Shown piece after piece: positions 63,320-64,000 of a stretch of DNA of 64,000 nucleotides; within the stretch, counting starts at the first letter, position 1; each line of letters starts with the position of its first letter. The notes under the pieces were generated by a model. That model did no database searches, was not told where the DNA came from, and saw nothing but the letters and a program-made list of their open reading frames with translations. The position numbers were made by a program, and so were the translations under genes. The DNA lies in the NCBI GenBank assembly GCA_019694165.1, contig JAIBCL010000031.1:7708-71707 (forward strand), given 5' to 3'. Origin of the DNA: Verrucomicrobiaceae bacterium. GTDB lineage: Bacteria > Verrucomicrobiota > Verrucomicrobiia > Verrucomicrobiales > Verrucomicrobiaceae.

Positions 63320-64000
63320 TCAAATCTCCCGCGGATACGCCTTCATCGCGCGCACCGCTTCTGCATACTTCGCACCGCAGGTGAGGCCACGATACCTCGC
63401 GAGGACGGTCTTCGTCTCGATCGCAGAGTCGATCTTGGCTTGATCGTAGGGCTCGTTCTTTACGAAGGCCATCAGGCGGCCGAGCCACTCCATCGCGGCG
63501 GGCCATTCGGCCGTGACATCGACGAAGGTGTCGGGCTCGAAGCCGATGGTGTGACCGGGGCCGTTGTCATACCAATAGACGCGGCTCGGCGTCTTGATGT
63601 CGGGTCCGCCGATGAGTCGCGCGGGTTGGTGCAGCGCGGCGTGGCAAATGGCGCTGGCGGCTTCGTGATCGGGATGGCGGTCGCGATTCCAGAGCATGAA
63701 AGCGGTGTCCGGCTGCACATCGGCCACGACTTCGGCGACGGCGCGCTTTGTCTCCCGCGATGGCTCGTACCCCATGCTGGCGTATTTGAGGAAGCGCATC
63801 TCGATGCCGCGCTCCTTGGCGAGTTCCTTGGTGAAATCGAGAAGCTGTTGCGCGCGGCCTTTGACCGGCGGCCAGTTCGTGTAATCGCCGATGAGCGCGA
63901 GGATGACGACGCGCTGGTGCTTCTTGATCGCCTGCAAAAGAATGCCGGGAATGCCGAAAGGGCAGTCGTCGTAATGGGCGCCGATGGCGAGGATGGTGCG
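63320..64000 (-). CDS. PIG-L/LmbE-family N-acetylglucosaminyl deacetylase (5' end beyond window)
   Basis: The reading frame continues to the window edge; the last visible codons encode RTILAIGAHYDDCPFG, a variant of the family AHPDDE motif. HPDHE (the zinc-binding HxDH motif) lies further downstream. The track ORF, which starts at Met 63937, is therefore an internal start. Confidence 0.7.
   Translation of the reverse strand, partial: RTILAIGAHYDDCPFGIPGILLQAIKKHQRVVILALIGDYTNWPPVKGRAQQLLDFTKELAKERGIEMRFLKYASMGYEPSRETKRAVAEVVADVQPDTAFMLWNRDRHPDHEAASAICHAALHQPARLIGGPDIKTPSRVYWYDNGPGHTIGFEPDTFVDVTAEWPAAMEWLGRLMAFVKNEPYDQAKIDSAIETKTVLARYRGLTCGAKYAEAVRAMKAYPREI

Overview
GC-rich (~60-65% by eye) bacterial chromosomal segment with weak or absent Shine-Dalgarno sites. 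Three giant secreted or surface proteins take up about 45 of the 64 kb. Giant PEP-CTERM proteins built from autotransporter-associated beta-strand repeats point to Verrucomicrobiota or a related PEP-CTERM/exosortase lineage (inference). Gene order on + unless marked: giant PEP-CTERM protein A, 5'-truncated by the window edge (1..10785); its diverged tandem paralog B, 6340 aa (10892..29914); an ABC half-transporter exporter; a secreted FG-GAP-like protein (-); def (-); long-form purF; gyrA (-) and gyrB (-) adjacent; an SPFH/flotillin-like protein; group-II truncated hemoglobin glbO (-); a plus-strand cluster of coiled-coil protein, BON-domain membrane protein, secreted MsrA and a small CxxC membrane protein; a 5130-aa protein with an N-terminal M36 fungalysin-type peptidase fused to about 4400 aa of Calx-beta-like, Ig/ASH-like and a recurring ~280-aa uncharacterised module; a small membrane protein (-); and a 5'-truncated PIG-L/LmbE deacetylase (-). 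I found no tRNA or rRNA genes, CRISPR array, transposase or integrase. The many long alternate-frame ORFs in the track are high-GC artefacts. The most notable items are the giant fungalysin-fused surface protein with its novel repeated module, the 12-kb diverged tandem duplication of giant PEP-CTERM genes with paralog-specific repeat insertions, and an envelope/oxidative-stress cluster (glbO, BON protein, periplasmic MsrA, CxxC membrane partner) headed by an AT-rich palindromic island.
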